DNA of 54,821 bases from Coriobacteriia bacterium (GTDB lineage: Bacteria; Actinomycetota; Coriobacteriia; Anaerosomatales; Anaerosomataceae). The translations under genes were made by a program, and so were the position numbers. Each line of letters opens with the position of its first letter. Position 1 is the first letter of the stretch. The stretch is from NCBI GenBank assembly GCA_016933785.1, contig JAFGAG010000001.1:1-54821 (forward strand). The letters run 5' to 3'. The notes beneath the pieces were generated by a model, which saw only the letters and a program-made list of their open reading frames with translations, had not been told where the DNA came from and did no database searches. This document shows positions 28,555 through 37,512 of the stretch, piece after piece.

Positions 28555-29420
28555 CGGGGCCCGCTTCCCTCAGGTTCGGGCATCGACGCCTCCGGGGACA
28601 GGGACGCGACGGCCGCGTCGAGCAGTCCCAGTGCGCTCTCGGCATCCGTGGGGTAGGTCGCCGACGAGGTGGCGATCTCGCGGGTGACCGTGGGTTCGAG
28701 CGCATCCCCCTCAAAGGTCGTGGTCGCGACCGCGTCGGCGATCCTCTTCGCCACCTCCGGCGCTTGTTCGGAGGCAGCGTAGGGAAGCGCTATGATGAAG
28801 CCGTCCTCGCCGAGCCGCCCGATCAGGTCCGTGGAGCGCACGGAGAGCCGGAGCACGCGGGCGAGATGTTCGAGCATCGCGTCGGCCTTGTACCTGCCGA
28901 ACACACGGGTGAATTCGTCGAACCCGCGCACCCTGAGCGCGACCATGCCGAGCGGGTGTCCGTACCGGTCGGCTCGCTCGGTCTCTCCAGCGAGTCGAGC
29001 GAGGAAGGCCTCGTGACGCAGCACCCCGGTGAGAGGGTCGAGCGGGGAGGTGCTCTCGAGTGCGCGTGCGCGACCGAGAAGCTGGCGGGAGCGGATCCCC
29101 GTGAGCACCCCGCTCACCAGGAAGACCGACAAGCAGACCGTGAAGCCGGGCCACTGCTCGCGCAGCAGCTCGTGCGGCGCGGCGAGTGTGACCACGCCGG
29201 CGCTCACGGCCCAGGCCACGATGGCTCCGGCAGGACCCAGGCGGATCCCCGCGAGTGTGATGGGAATGAGGTAGAGATACCAGGCTGACCACGGCTCGCC
29301 CACGAGTAGGACGAGCGCGGTCACGAATGCCTCTGTGCCGACAACGAGCAAGACACCTGGCAGGTCGAACGTCTGTTGCGGGACATGCCCCTCATCGGCC
29401 GCAGCTGTCACGTTAGACAC
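28551..29420 (-). CDS. membrane-bound degenerate GGDEF-domain protein
   Basis: ~4 N-terminal TMs; DPLTG, RSTD-LIGRL-GEDGF; start inferred from SD GAGGGG (ORF open to 29486). Confidence 0.85.
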   Translation of the reverse strand: MSNVTAAADEGHVPQQTFDLPGVLLVVGTEAFVTALVLLVGEPWSAWYLYLIPITLAGIRLGPAGAIVAWAVSAGVVTLAAPHELLREQWPGFTVCLSVFLVSGVLTGIRSRQLLGRARALESTSPLDPLTGVLRHEAFLARLAGETERADRYGHPLGMVALRVRGFDEFTRVFGRYKADAMLEHLARVLRLSVRSTDLIGRLGEDGFIIALPYAASEQAPEVAKRIADAVATTTFEGDALEPTVTREIATSSATYPTDAESALGLLDAAVASLSPEASMPEPEGSGPR

Positions 29421-29656
29421 CGGTGACACCCCTCGCTGAAGCCTCGAAGCAGATGTGTGCGTGATGTCCCCGCGAACACCCCGCATCGGCGCCGACGGTA
29501 GTCAGGAGTCGCAGGTGATTCCGGCGCCATGCACTATATGCCACTTGCACCGCCGCTTTACACAACACTGCGGACTTGAATGCGGGGACACCGTCAAAGT
29601 CCCGCGCTATAGTGAGGAGTCGACTGGAGGGGTCAGCGCATGAGACCGGTGAGATC

Positions 29657-30325
29657 ATGACACGTGGAGACGACCAGTCCACGCACGGGCACGCATACTC
29701 GCTCGGTGAGGAGATCGCCAACGCGGTCACGCACGGGATCGGCGCCGCACTCAGTGTCGCGGCACTGGTCATCCTTATCGGCATCGCCGCCCTCTGGGGC
29801 GACGGCTGGCACCTCGCGAGCGCGATCGTCTACGGCGTCACCATGTTCCTGCTTTACACCGCGTCGACGCTCTATCATGCCGTTTCGCACACCCGCGCGC
29901 GTCACGTCTTCAAGATCATCGACCATGCGGGCATCTACCTGCTCATCGCCGGTACCTACACGCCATTCACGCTTGTGACCATACGCAACGACGGGGGATG
30001 GTGGCTGTTCTCGGTGGTCTGGGGGCTCGCGCTCATCGGTATCGCGCTCGAGGCCGCCTGGGTCTATCGGCCCAAGTGGCTCTCGGCGATCGTCTATCTT
30101 GCGATGGGCTGGTTGGCGATGGCGGCCATCAAACCGATCACCGAGAACCTCGAGCCTGCCGGAGTCTGGCTCCTCGTCGGTGGCGGGGTCGCGTACACGC
30201 TCGGCACGATCTTCTACGTGCTCAAGCGCGTGAGGTTCATGCACGCGGTGTGGCACCTGTGGGTGCTCGCCGGAAGCATCCTGCACTTTCTCGCAGTCAT
30301 GCTGTACGTGTTCCCAAGGCCCTAG
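29657..30325 (+). CDS. hemolysin III / PAQR (TrhA-like) membrane protein
   Basis: EEIANAVTHG, STLYH, DHAGIYLLIAGTYTP, HAVWHLWV. Confidence 0.95.
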   Translation: MTRGDDQSTHGHAYSLGEEIANAVTHGIGAALSVAALVILIGIAALWGDGWHLASAIVYGVTMFLLYTASTLYHAVSHTRARHVFKIIDHAGIYLLIAGTYTPFTLVTIRNDGGWWLFSVVWGLALIGIALEAAWVYRPKWLSAIVYLAMGWLAMAAIKPITENLEPAGVWLLVGGGVAYTLGTIFYVLKRVRFMHAVWHLWVLAGSILHFLAVMLYVFPRP

Positions 30326-31167
30326 GTGCCGGAGTAGCTCGGATCAGTAGGGGCCAGCAGCATCGGGATCGATGAGCTCTGGATCACCGCGCTCGCCACC
30401 GAGCCGATCTCTCCGTCGATCACGTCGTGCGTCCTGGGAGCGAGCACGACAAGCGAGTAGTCGCCTGAGCCGATGCGCTGGGGGAGGACCTCCACCGCGC
30501 TGCCCCTGACGACGCTCGCCCGGACGTCGCGCACGCCGTGCTCGCGCGCGCGCTCCGCGAGGGCCTCGATACGCTCGTTCGCCTGCGTTTCGCGTCCTTC
30601 TCGCGCAGCTTCGAACGTGAGCGGGGTGACGTGGATCAACTCCATCCGCTCGACACCTCTGGGGGCGAGCCCGCAGGCCAGGGAGCAGATTCGGTCGCTC
30701 GGCTCGAACACATCGACCGGCACGAGTACGGACGTGAGCATACGGGAGCACGCGTCGCTTCCAGAGGCCGCATCGCCGATGTGATTGCTCGGCATGAGCA
30801 GCACGGGTACCGGGCTGAGGCGGACGACATCCGAGCTCATGCTGCCGGAGAATCCCGTCTGGAACAGCCCCTGTCCGCGAGTCCCCATCACGATAATGCC
30901 GGCGCCGTGCTCCTCGGCGAGCGCCACGATCGCATGTGGCGGATAGCCGAGAGGCGTCTCGACATGGACGCGTATGCCGGCATCCTCAAGCGATTCGATC
31001 TGCCGGGAGAACGCGGCGTCGTCGGCGGGGGAGGGTTCCTTTTCGAGGTCTATCGCGTAGACGAGGATGGCATCCCGCACTCCCAGAACGCCGAGTTGAC
31101 CCGCACAGGCCACGATGCCTTCAGACGACGGGCCGAGGTCGGTGGCGACGATCGCATGCGAGAACAT
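30322..31167 (-). CDS. tandem universal stress protein
   Basis: IVATD, IVMGTRG..GSMSSDVVR.SPVPVL, second domain VLVPVD..GSVASAVI. Confidence 0.9.
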   Translation of the reverse strand: MFSHAIVATDLGPSSEGIVACAGQLGVLGVRDAILVYAIDLEKEPSPADDAAFSRQIESLEDAGIRVHVETPLGYPPHAIVALAEEHGAGIIVMGTRGQGLFQTGFSGSMSSDVVRLSPVPVLLMPSNHIGDAASGSDACSRMLTSVLVPVDVFEPSDRICSLACGLAPRGVERMELIHVTPLTFEAAREGRETQANERIEALAERAREHGVRDVRASVVRGSAVEVLPQRIGSGDYSLVVLAPRTHDVIDGEIGSVASAVIQSSSIPMLLAPTDPSYSGT

Positions 31168-31404
31168 TCGCGACCCCTTCGGTCGGTGACGCCAGCCCGG
31201 TCCGTCGGCATGCCGGCCCGGCCACGCCTCATGAGTATATCTCCCGCCCTGCGGTGGCTCCAATATGGTCGAGGCCCTGTGACCTGCATCACCGACATAC
31301 CGTTGGCACGGAACATGCGAGTTGGGCTACCATAGCGGCCAAAGCGCTTATGATATGCGTGTAGGGGATGTCCAGCGGCGTCCAGCCGTGGCGGAAGGCC
31401 AACT

Positions 31405-31755
31405 TTGTACGATCTCGAGGGTGTACTCGGACCAGCGGTGATGGAGTTCGTGGATCAGCATGTCCGCTCTCTCCTGACCTGGGACATCCTTGTGTTCTTC
31501 CACCGGAATCCCGACGCGGTCCTCGATATCGAGGGACTGGCGTCCCGCCTCGGTCGCCGCGCTGACGAGCTTGAGCCCGAAGTCTCCGCGCTGTGCGACG
31601 GCAGGATACTCGCGTTCGCGGGGGGCCTCATCCGGTACAAGCCGGCCGCCGAGATGCGTGACACGATCGGCCGTTTCGTCGAAAGCTGCCAGGACCGCGG
31701 TCGCCGCCTCGCGCTCATCGCGCTCGTCCTGCACAAGATCAACCCCGGCTACTGA
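31405..31755 (+). CDS. hypothetical protein, possibly winged-helix
   Basis: 116-aa ORF filling the gap; ILVFFHRNP..LASRLGR pattern resembles a wHTH. Confidence 0.65.
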   Translation: MYDLEGVLGPAVMEFVDQHVRSLLTWDILVFFHRNPDAVLDIEGLASRLGRRADELEPEVSALCDGRILAFAGGLIRYKPAAEMRDTIGRFVESCQDRGRRLALIALVLHKINPGY

Positions 31756-31826
31756 CGGGGTATCAGAGCGCGGACCCGACAGATACGGTTCACGCCAGAG
31801 CCACAGCATCCTGCTAGTCTTAGCCT

Positions 31827-33149
31827 ATGAACGTCATCATCCAACAGGTCATCCTCATCCTCATTCTGATCGTCTTCAACGGCTTCCTGTCGGCCGCGGA
31901 GATCGCGCTTGTGAGCGCGCGGCGAGCGGTGATGAAGATGGAGGCCGATGCGGGATCGCGAAGCGCCCAGACGGTGCTCCGCCTCACGGAAGACCCGGGT
32001 CGCTTCATGGCGGCGATCCAGATCGGTATCACGCTCGTGGGGTTCGGCGCGTCCGCCACAGCGGCCGTCACGCTCGCCGAGCCGCTCGCGGGGTGGCTGT
32101 CCTCGCTCGGTGTCTCATGGGTCACCCCCGCGGCCTCCGGACTCGCGGTCTTCCTGGTCACGCTCGTGATCTCGTACGTGACACTGGTTGTGGGTGAGCT
32201 TGCCCCCAAGCGGCTCGGGTTGGCGAGAGCGGAGACCGTGGCCAAGCTCGTGGCGGGTCCGGTCAGCCTGCTCCAGTCTGCCGCCGCGCCCATCATCTGG
32301 ATACTCACGCGCTCGACCGATGTGGTGGCACGCCTGTTCGGCATGCGGCCCGGGTCGGTCCGGCCAGGGGTGACCGAGGAGGAGATCAAGCTCCTCGTGA
32401 CCGAACAGGGCACGCTCCTCGAGGACGAGAAGCGGATGATCCACGAGATATTCGAGCTCGGCGACATGGTCGCCAAGGAGATCATGGTCCCCCGTGTGGA
32501 TATGCGCATGCTCGAGGACACCGTGCTTGTCGGAGAAGCCATCGGCGTGTTCCGGGACTCGGGCTATTCGAGACTCCCGGTGTTCTCGGGTGATGCGGAT
32601 TCGATCGTCGGCATCGCGATGCTCAAAGACCTCGTCGGCCCGGTCGCCACCGGGAGGCTCCAGGAGCCGGTAGCAAGCTTCGTGCGCCCGGCAGTCTTCG
32701 TGCCTGAGACGAAGCCGATCCTCGTGATGCTCAAGGACATGCAGCAGGCCCACAACCACCTCGCCATCGTCGTGGATGAGTATGGAGGTACAGCGGGCCT
32801 GGTCACGATCGAGGACATCGTGGAGGAGATCATCGGCGAGGTGGTCGATGAGTTCGACCGCGAGCGTCGCTACATCACGACGATAGGACCGGGTGAGTGG
32901 GTCGTCGATGGGTTGCTGTCGGTGCACGAAGCCAACGAGACCCTCGGCTGGGACCTCCCGACCTCCGATGAGTATGAGACGGTCGCGGGTTGGCTGCTCG
33001 TGCAACTGGGGCATATACCGACAGGCGGCGAGGTCGTGCATCACCACGACCTGACCGTCCGTGTCGATGCGGTGCGGCGGCGGCGGATCGCGCGTCTCCG
33101 TGTCTCGCATGCGCAAGAGAACAGTGGTGGATCGGATTCCGGCTCCTGA
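31827..33149 (+). CDS. HlyC/CorC (CNNM-CBS-CorC) family transporter
   Basis: SAAEIALVS, IQIGIT, GELAPK, IMVPR, YSRLPV, VVDEYGGTAGLVTIED. Confidence 0.95.
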   Translation: MNVIIQQVILILILIVFNGFLSAAEIALVSARRAVMKMEADAGSRSAQTVLRLTEDPGRFMAAIQIGITLVGFGASATAAVTLAEPLAGWLSSLGVSWVTPAASGLAVFLVTLVISYVTLVVGELAPKRLGLARAETVAKLVAGPVSLLQSAAAPIIWILTRSTDVVARLFGMRPGSVRPGVTEEEIKLLVTEQGTLLEDEKRMIHEIFELGDMVAKEIMVPRVDMRMLEDTVLVGEAIGVFRDSGYSRLPVFSGDADSIVGIAMLKDLVGPVATGRLQEPVASFVRPAVFVPETKPILVMLKDMQQAHNHLAIVVDEYGGTAGLVTIEDIVEEIIGEVVDEFDRERRYITTIGPGEWVVDGLLSVHEANETLGWDLPTSDEYETVAGWLLVQLGHIPTGGEVVHHHDLTVRVDAVRRRRIARLRVSHAQENSGGSDSGS

Positions 33150-33179
33150 GTTTCGAGGGGTCGGGGCTTCGTATGCCCG

Positions 33180-34364
33180 GTGACGATGGGAGATTCGATG
33201 GAGCACGATACCAACCGGCCGGCCGACGGCATCCCGGCGCCTCCCACCGCCGCGCCAGCCGTGCCGCCTTCGCCCGCCCAGCCTCAGGGCCCGCGTCCGG
33301 CGTTGTGGGCGGGGATCACACTGGTCATTCTTGGTGTACTGCTGCTTGTCAGCCAGTTCGTTCCAGGCATGGAGCTCTGGCGCTGGTGGCCCGTCATCCT
33401 GGTGGGGTTCGGCGTCAGGCAGCTGTTCGGGTCGCGCCGCGAGAGGTGGTCGGTGCGGCACCTTGGCGAGGGCCTCACGACCATCACCTTCGGCCTCGTG
33501 CTGCTCGGTCAGATGCTGGGCTTCCTCCGGTGGGACGTATGGCTGAACATCCTTCGGCTCTGGCCCGTTCTGTTCATCTCGCTCGGCCTGGAGATCATCG
33601 GTAAGGCCACCCGGGCCGAGTGGCTCCGGGTCCTCGGCAGCCTGGTCGTGGTCGCGGCGCTCGCATACGGTGCGCTCGTCCTGACGCCGCAGACCGGATG
33701 GCCGCTGGTGCGCGCTACGGGAGGCGAGGCGTTCCGGCACGTTGCCCCGCACAGCGGCTCTGTGACCGCCGGGGCAGCCGAGATATCCGGGGCGGTGGGA
33801 GAGCTTACCGTCCTTGCGGGTGACGATCTCGTCCGGGCCGAGGGCAGCTCGCCCTACGAGCCGGTCTTTGATGTGTCGACGCAGGGCGGCCGGGCCACGG
33901 TCGATGTCACGGGCGGCGAGGGTTCGTGGATGCCGATGACGCCGGGGAGCGACATCGAGGTCGCTCTCGACCGCGATGTGGTGTGGGGCCTCGTCATCGA
34001 CGCCGGCGTCTCCGACTACGAGGTCGACCTGAGCGAGCTGGCGGTCACGTCCCTGGCGCTCGAATCGGGCGTCTCCAACGGCGTTCTCACACTTGGCAGA
34101 CCGGACGCCGCAGGGGGCCGTGATCCCGTGCCCGTGGAGATCGATGCCGGTGTCTCAGCACTCGTGGTCCGAATCCCACGCGGCGAGAGTGCGCGAGTCT
34201 CGCTCAGCGACGGGCTCTCGGGGATCGAGTCCGAGGGTGCTTGGATGCGGAACCGTGAGGGAGGTGCTCGCATCTACGAGAGCGAGGGGTTCTCGGATGC
34301 GGGTGCGTACTGGGACATACGCATCGATCCGGGTGTCGGCGGCATCACGCTGCGCTACTACTAG
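33180..34364 (+). CDS. LiaF/LiaI-like (DUF5668) membrane protein with beta-rich C-terminal domain
   Basis: Two WPV.LI..G TM repeats, then repeated AGVS/SGVS/GVG beta-strand motifs. Confidence 0.75.
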   Translation: MTMGDSMEHDTNRPADGIPAPPTAAPAVPPSPAQPQGPRPALWAGITLVILGVLLLVSQFVPGMELWRWWPVILVGFGVRQLFGSRRERWSVRHLGEGLTTITFGLVLLGQMLGFLRWDVWLNILRLWPVLFISLGLEIIGKATRAEWLRVLGSLVVVAALAYGALVLTPQTGWPLVRATGGEAFRHVAPHSGSVTAGAAEISGAVGELTVLAGDDLVRAEGSSPYEPVFDVSTQGGRATVDVTGGEGSWMPMTPGSDIEVALDRDVVWGLVIDAGVSDYEVDLSELAVTSLALESGVSNGVLTLGRPDAAGGRDPVPVEIDAGVSALVVRIPRGESARVSLSDGLSGIESEGAWMRNREGGARIYESEGFSDAGAYWDIRIDPGVGGITLRYY

Positions 34365-34388
34365 CGGATACACGAGGAGGTCAGGGTC

Positions 34389-34973
34389 GTGACAGATATG
34401 AACCAGCCAGGCGGTCAGCCCCAAGGCGAGCATGACAACAGCGCGTGGATCATCCTGGGAGTGATCCTCGTGGTCGCGGGGTTCTTCCTCGGGGCCCACA
34501 ATCTCGGCCTCGTTCCCTGGCAACTCACGGAGGCCTGGCGATGGTTTGGCCGGGCACGCGGCGGCGCCGGTGTCGTCCTGCTCGGTATCGCGCTGATCGT
34601 GTGGGCCCAGTCAGGCCGCCGCATCAGCATGCCGCGCACGAGCGGTAAGCTCTTGCGCTCGCGCTCCGACAAGTGGGTATCCGGTGTTCTGGGCGGATTG
34701 GCCCGGCACTTCGGGATCGACGCCACGATCCTGAGGCTTGCGTTCATCGCGCTCGTCGTCCTCTTCGACTTCGGCGGGCTTATCATCGCTTATATCGTGA
34801 TGGCGATCGTGGTGCCTCTCGAGTCACAGCAGATCGCCGCTCCTCCCGCGCCTGCCGTGACATACGCACCTCCTGCTCCGCCCGCGCCGGCACCGGCAGA
34901 GCAGCCTGCGCCCGCGGCCGAACCCGCACCGCCCGCAGAGCCCGCGCCTCCGGCTCCTCCGGTGAGCGAATGA
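34389..34973 (+). CDS. PspC domain-containing membrane protein
   Basis: LLRSRSDKWVSGVLGGLARHFGID..RL..AYIVMAIVVP; Pro/Ala-rich tail. Confidence 0.9.
   Translation: MTDMNQPGGQPQGEHDNSAWIILGVILVVAGFFLGAHNLGLVPWQLTEAWRWFGRARGGAGVVLLGIALIVWAQSGRRISMPRTSGKLLRSRSDKWVSGVLGGLARHFGIDATILRLAFIALVVLFDFGGLIIAYIVMAIVVPLESQQIAAPPAPAVTYAPPAPPAPAPAEQPAPAAEPAPPAEPAPPAPPVSE
34836..34962 (+). repeat. Pro/Ala-rich low-complexity coding repeat (EPAP/PPAP units)
   Basis: APPAPAPAEQPAPAAEPAPPAEPAPPAPP at the PspC C-terminus. Confidence 0.6.
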
Positions 34974-35908
34974 CCGGACCCACGAAGGCTGCTCTGGATC
35001 GCGCCCCCGCCACACGTCGCGGCGACGTGGTCGACGCGCACGTGCACCTCTTCTCCGTGCCGATGTTCCGAGAGTTCATCGAGAGCACGCCCGACGTCCC
35101 GCCGCGTTGGCGGAAGGCGCTCGAGGATGGGAAGTGGGGTCGCCGCGGGGAGACGCTGCCCGACCTGGACGCCGTCGAGATGGCCGCGTGGTACGCCGCA
35201 CGGCTGGACGATGCGGGTATCGCGAAGGCGCTCGTCGTCTCGGTCTGGCCCGACTCCCGGTACATGCGTGACTTCATCGCGGCTTCTGCCGGCAGGGTGG
35301 CAGCGTTGTGCAACATCGACCCGCGCACGCCGGATGCTCCGGCGCTCCTGGAGCGCGAGATGGCCGCGGGCTTCAAGGGTGTGAAGCTCTATCCCGTGAA
35401 TCGCTGCTTCCACCTTTCCGACCCCGCATGCCGCCCCTTCTTCGAGAAGGCGGCCGAGCTTGGCGCATCGATCACGGTGCACTACGGAGTCACCGTCGAT
35501 CCATCCGGCGACCTCCGTTACGCGGACCCTACAGACCTCTCGCCGGTAGCGCGCGACTATCCCGACCTGTCGTTCGTGATCGCGCACTTCGGTGCGGGCT
35601 ACCTGCACGAGACGCTCCGTCTCGCCTACCAGTGCAAGAACGTGTGCTTCGACTCCTCGGGCACCAACAACTGGATGGACTACGACCCTCACGGCTACAC
35701 GCTGGCACAGGTTTTCGACCGCGCCCTCACGGCACTCGGCCCCGAACGCGTGCTCTTCGGCACGGACTCGGGGACCACGGGGCCGTACCGGAAGTGGATC
35801 GCGTTCCAGCAGCGTCGCACGCTCGAGGAGCTCGGCCTCTCGGAGCGCGATCGTGACCTCATCCTGCGAGCCAACGCGGTCCGCATCTTCAACCTGGACG
35901 ACGCGTGA
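34970..35908 (+). CDS. amidohydrolase family 2 protein
   Basis: DAHVH, GVKLYP, VHYG, IAHFG, RVLFGTD; ATGA overlap with the pspC gene. Confidence 0.9.
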   Translation: MTGPTKAALDRAPATRRGDVVDAHVHLFSVPMFREFIESTPDVPPRWRKALEDGKWGRRGETLPDLDAVEMAAWYAARLDDAGIAKALVVSVWPDSRYMRDFIAASAGRVAALCNIDPRTPDAPALLEREMAAGFKGVKLYPVNRCFHLSDPACRPFFEKAAELGASITVHYGVTVDPSGDLRYADPTDLSPVARDYPDLSFVIAHFGAGYLHETLRLAYQCKNVCFDSSGTNNWMDYDPHGYTLAQVFDRALTALGPERVLFGTDSGTTGPYRKWIAFQQRRTLEELGLSERDRDLILRANAVRIFNLDDA

Positions 35909-35936
35909 TCGCACGAGCAGTAGAAGGAGCCGGGTC

Positions 35937-36770
35937 ATGAGCTTCGGCAAGCACAACGAGGAGCGCGAGTACGACGAGCTCGTGAACTGGGATGCTCGAC
36001 TCACGCGCGAGGGCCCGTTCTTCAGGCAGCTGTTCGGGGAGCACGGTGTGTGCTCTGTTGCCGACGTTGGCGCCGGCAGTGCGCGGCACTCCATCATGTA
36101 CCGTTCATGGGGGTTGGACGTGACCGCCATCGATCCGAGTGCCGAGATGCTCGAGCTCGCGCGCGAGAACGCCGAGCGGCTTGGAAGCGACGTGCGCATC
36201 GTCGAGGGCGGGTTCGGTGAGGTCGCGAGTATCGTGAGCGCTCCGGTCGATGCGATCACGTGCACCGGCAACGCGCTCCCTCATGTCCGCTCGATCGAAG
36301 GACTCCGAGAGGCGCTCACCGACTTCGCAGTGGCGATTCGGCCCGGGGGTGTGCTCGTGCTTCACTACCTCGATCACGACCGGCTGCTCGAGCAGCGTAT
36401 CCGCACGATGTCCCCGGTGTTCCGCGAAACGCCAGCCGGTGACAAGTTCTTCATGCGGCTGCTGGACTACACACCGGCAGGCGATGGGATCCTCTTCGAC
36501 TTCGTCACGCTCGTGCGCGACGCCGCGGTCCGGGAGGCACCTCACACCATCGAGAGCTGGCCTGAGACGCTCGAGGACGACCCGGACGGTGGCTGGTCGC
36601 TCCGCTGCCGCCGCTCCCTCCACTTCGCGATGCCGGTCGCGCTCATCACAGCCGAACTCGAACGCGCAGGATTCGGCGATGTGAGAGCACTCGGCGATCA
36701 CGAGGGCAGGCCGCTCGATGTCTCGGTCGACGAGAGCATGATCGTCGTGGCGGTGCGTGCGGGCGTCTAG
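35937..36770 (+). CDS. class I SAM-dependent methyltransferase (glycine/sarcosine N-methyltransferase-like)
   Basis: DVGAGSARH, IDPSAEML, CTGNALPH, RPGGVLV; SD AAGGAG. Confidence 0.85.
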   Translation: MSFGKHNEEREYDELVNWDARLTREGPFFRQLFGEHGVCSVADVGAGSARHSIMYRSWGLDVTAIDPSAEMLELARENAERLGSDVRIVEGGFGEVASIVSAPVDAITCTGNALPHVRSIEGLREALTDFAVAIRPGGVLVLHYLDHDRLLEQRIRTMSPVFRETPAGDKFFMRLLDYTPAGDGILFDFVTLVRDAAVREAPHTIESWPETLEDDPDGGWSLRCRRSLHFAMPVALITAELERAGFGDVRALGDHEGRPLDVSVDESMIVVAVRAGV

Positions 36771-37441
36771 CGACGAGGACTGCTTCCGGCACAGACCTCC
36801 GGGCCGAGCATGCAGCGTCTACCAAGGGCCGCGTCGCATGCTTCGACGGGACGGACGAGTCCGACCGGTGTGGCGCCGGCCCGACCAGATGACAGTTCAC
36901 GGTAGACATGGCACAGCGGTAGCCCCGCGACGTTCTGGAAGCATTGGTCGTCCTCGACGCTCGCGAGGTGGTGCTCGATGTTGTATGCACCGGCGCATCC
37001 CAGCGCCTCGCCTCCGGCGATCCACTCCTCGATGTCCGGGGCGTCGAGCGAGCGCATGTGCACAGGGGTCGATACCGTGAAGGTGTGCGGGTGCGCCATC
37101 GCTTCTGTGCAGACGGCCACACCGGTGATGACCTCGTGGATCCCGCCTGAAAGGCCTCGCAGCATCCGTCTCGCGTCATCAGCGTCGACAGGTTTGCCGA
37201 GCACGGCTCCGTCATGGACCACGATAGTATCGAACGCGAGGATCGTGCCGCGCGCACCCTCTGCGCGCGCTGCCAGCGCCTTCTCGGTGGCAAGGGACGC
37301 GGCGAGCTCCGGGGGTGCGAGCGGCTGCGTCAGGTCCTCGGCGGTGTCGGTCGCCAGCGTGTGCGCATCGAACCCGAGCCAGGCGATGAGACGCCGACGG
37401 CGCGGCGAGGCGGATGCGAGCACGATGCGGGAGGCGGCCAT
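36767..37441 (-). CDS. maf: Maf family nucleoside triphosphate pyrophosphatase
   Basis: VLASASPRRR, DTIV, LGKP, AGAY, NVAGLP. Confidence 0.92.
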   Translation of the reverse strand: MAASRIVLASASPRRRRLIAWLGFDAHTLATDTAEDLTQPLAPPELAASLATEKALAARAEGARGTILAFDTIVVHDGAVLGKPVDADDARRMLRGLSGGIHEVITGVAVCTEAMAHPHTFTVSTPVHMRSLDAPDIEEWIAGGEALGCAGAYNIEHHLASVEDDQCFQNVAGLPLCHVYRELSSGRAGATPVGLVRPVEACDAALGRRCMLGPEVCAGSSPRR

Positions 37442-37512
37442 GCGCGTGATGATAGCACCGGGTCATGGTAAGCGGCATAATCACATGAGTGCACCGTCGT
37501 CCGGAGATGAAG

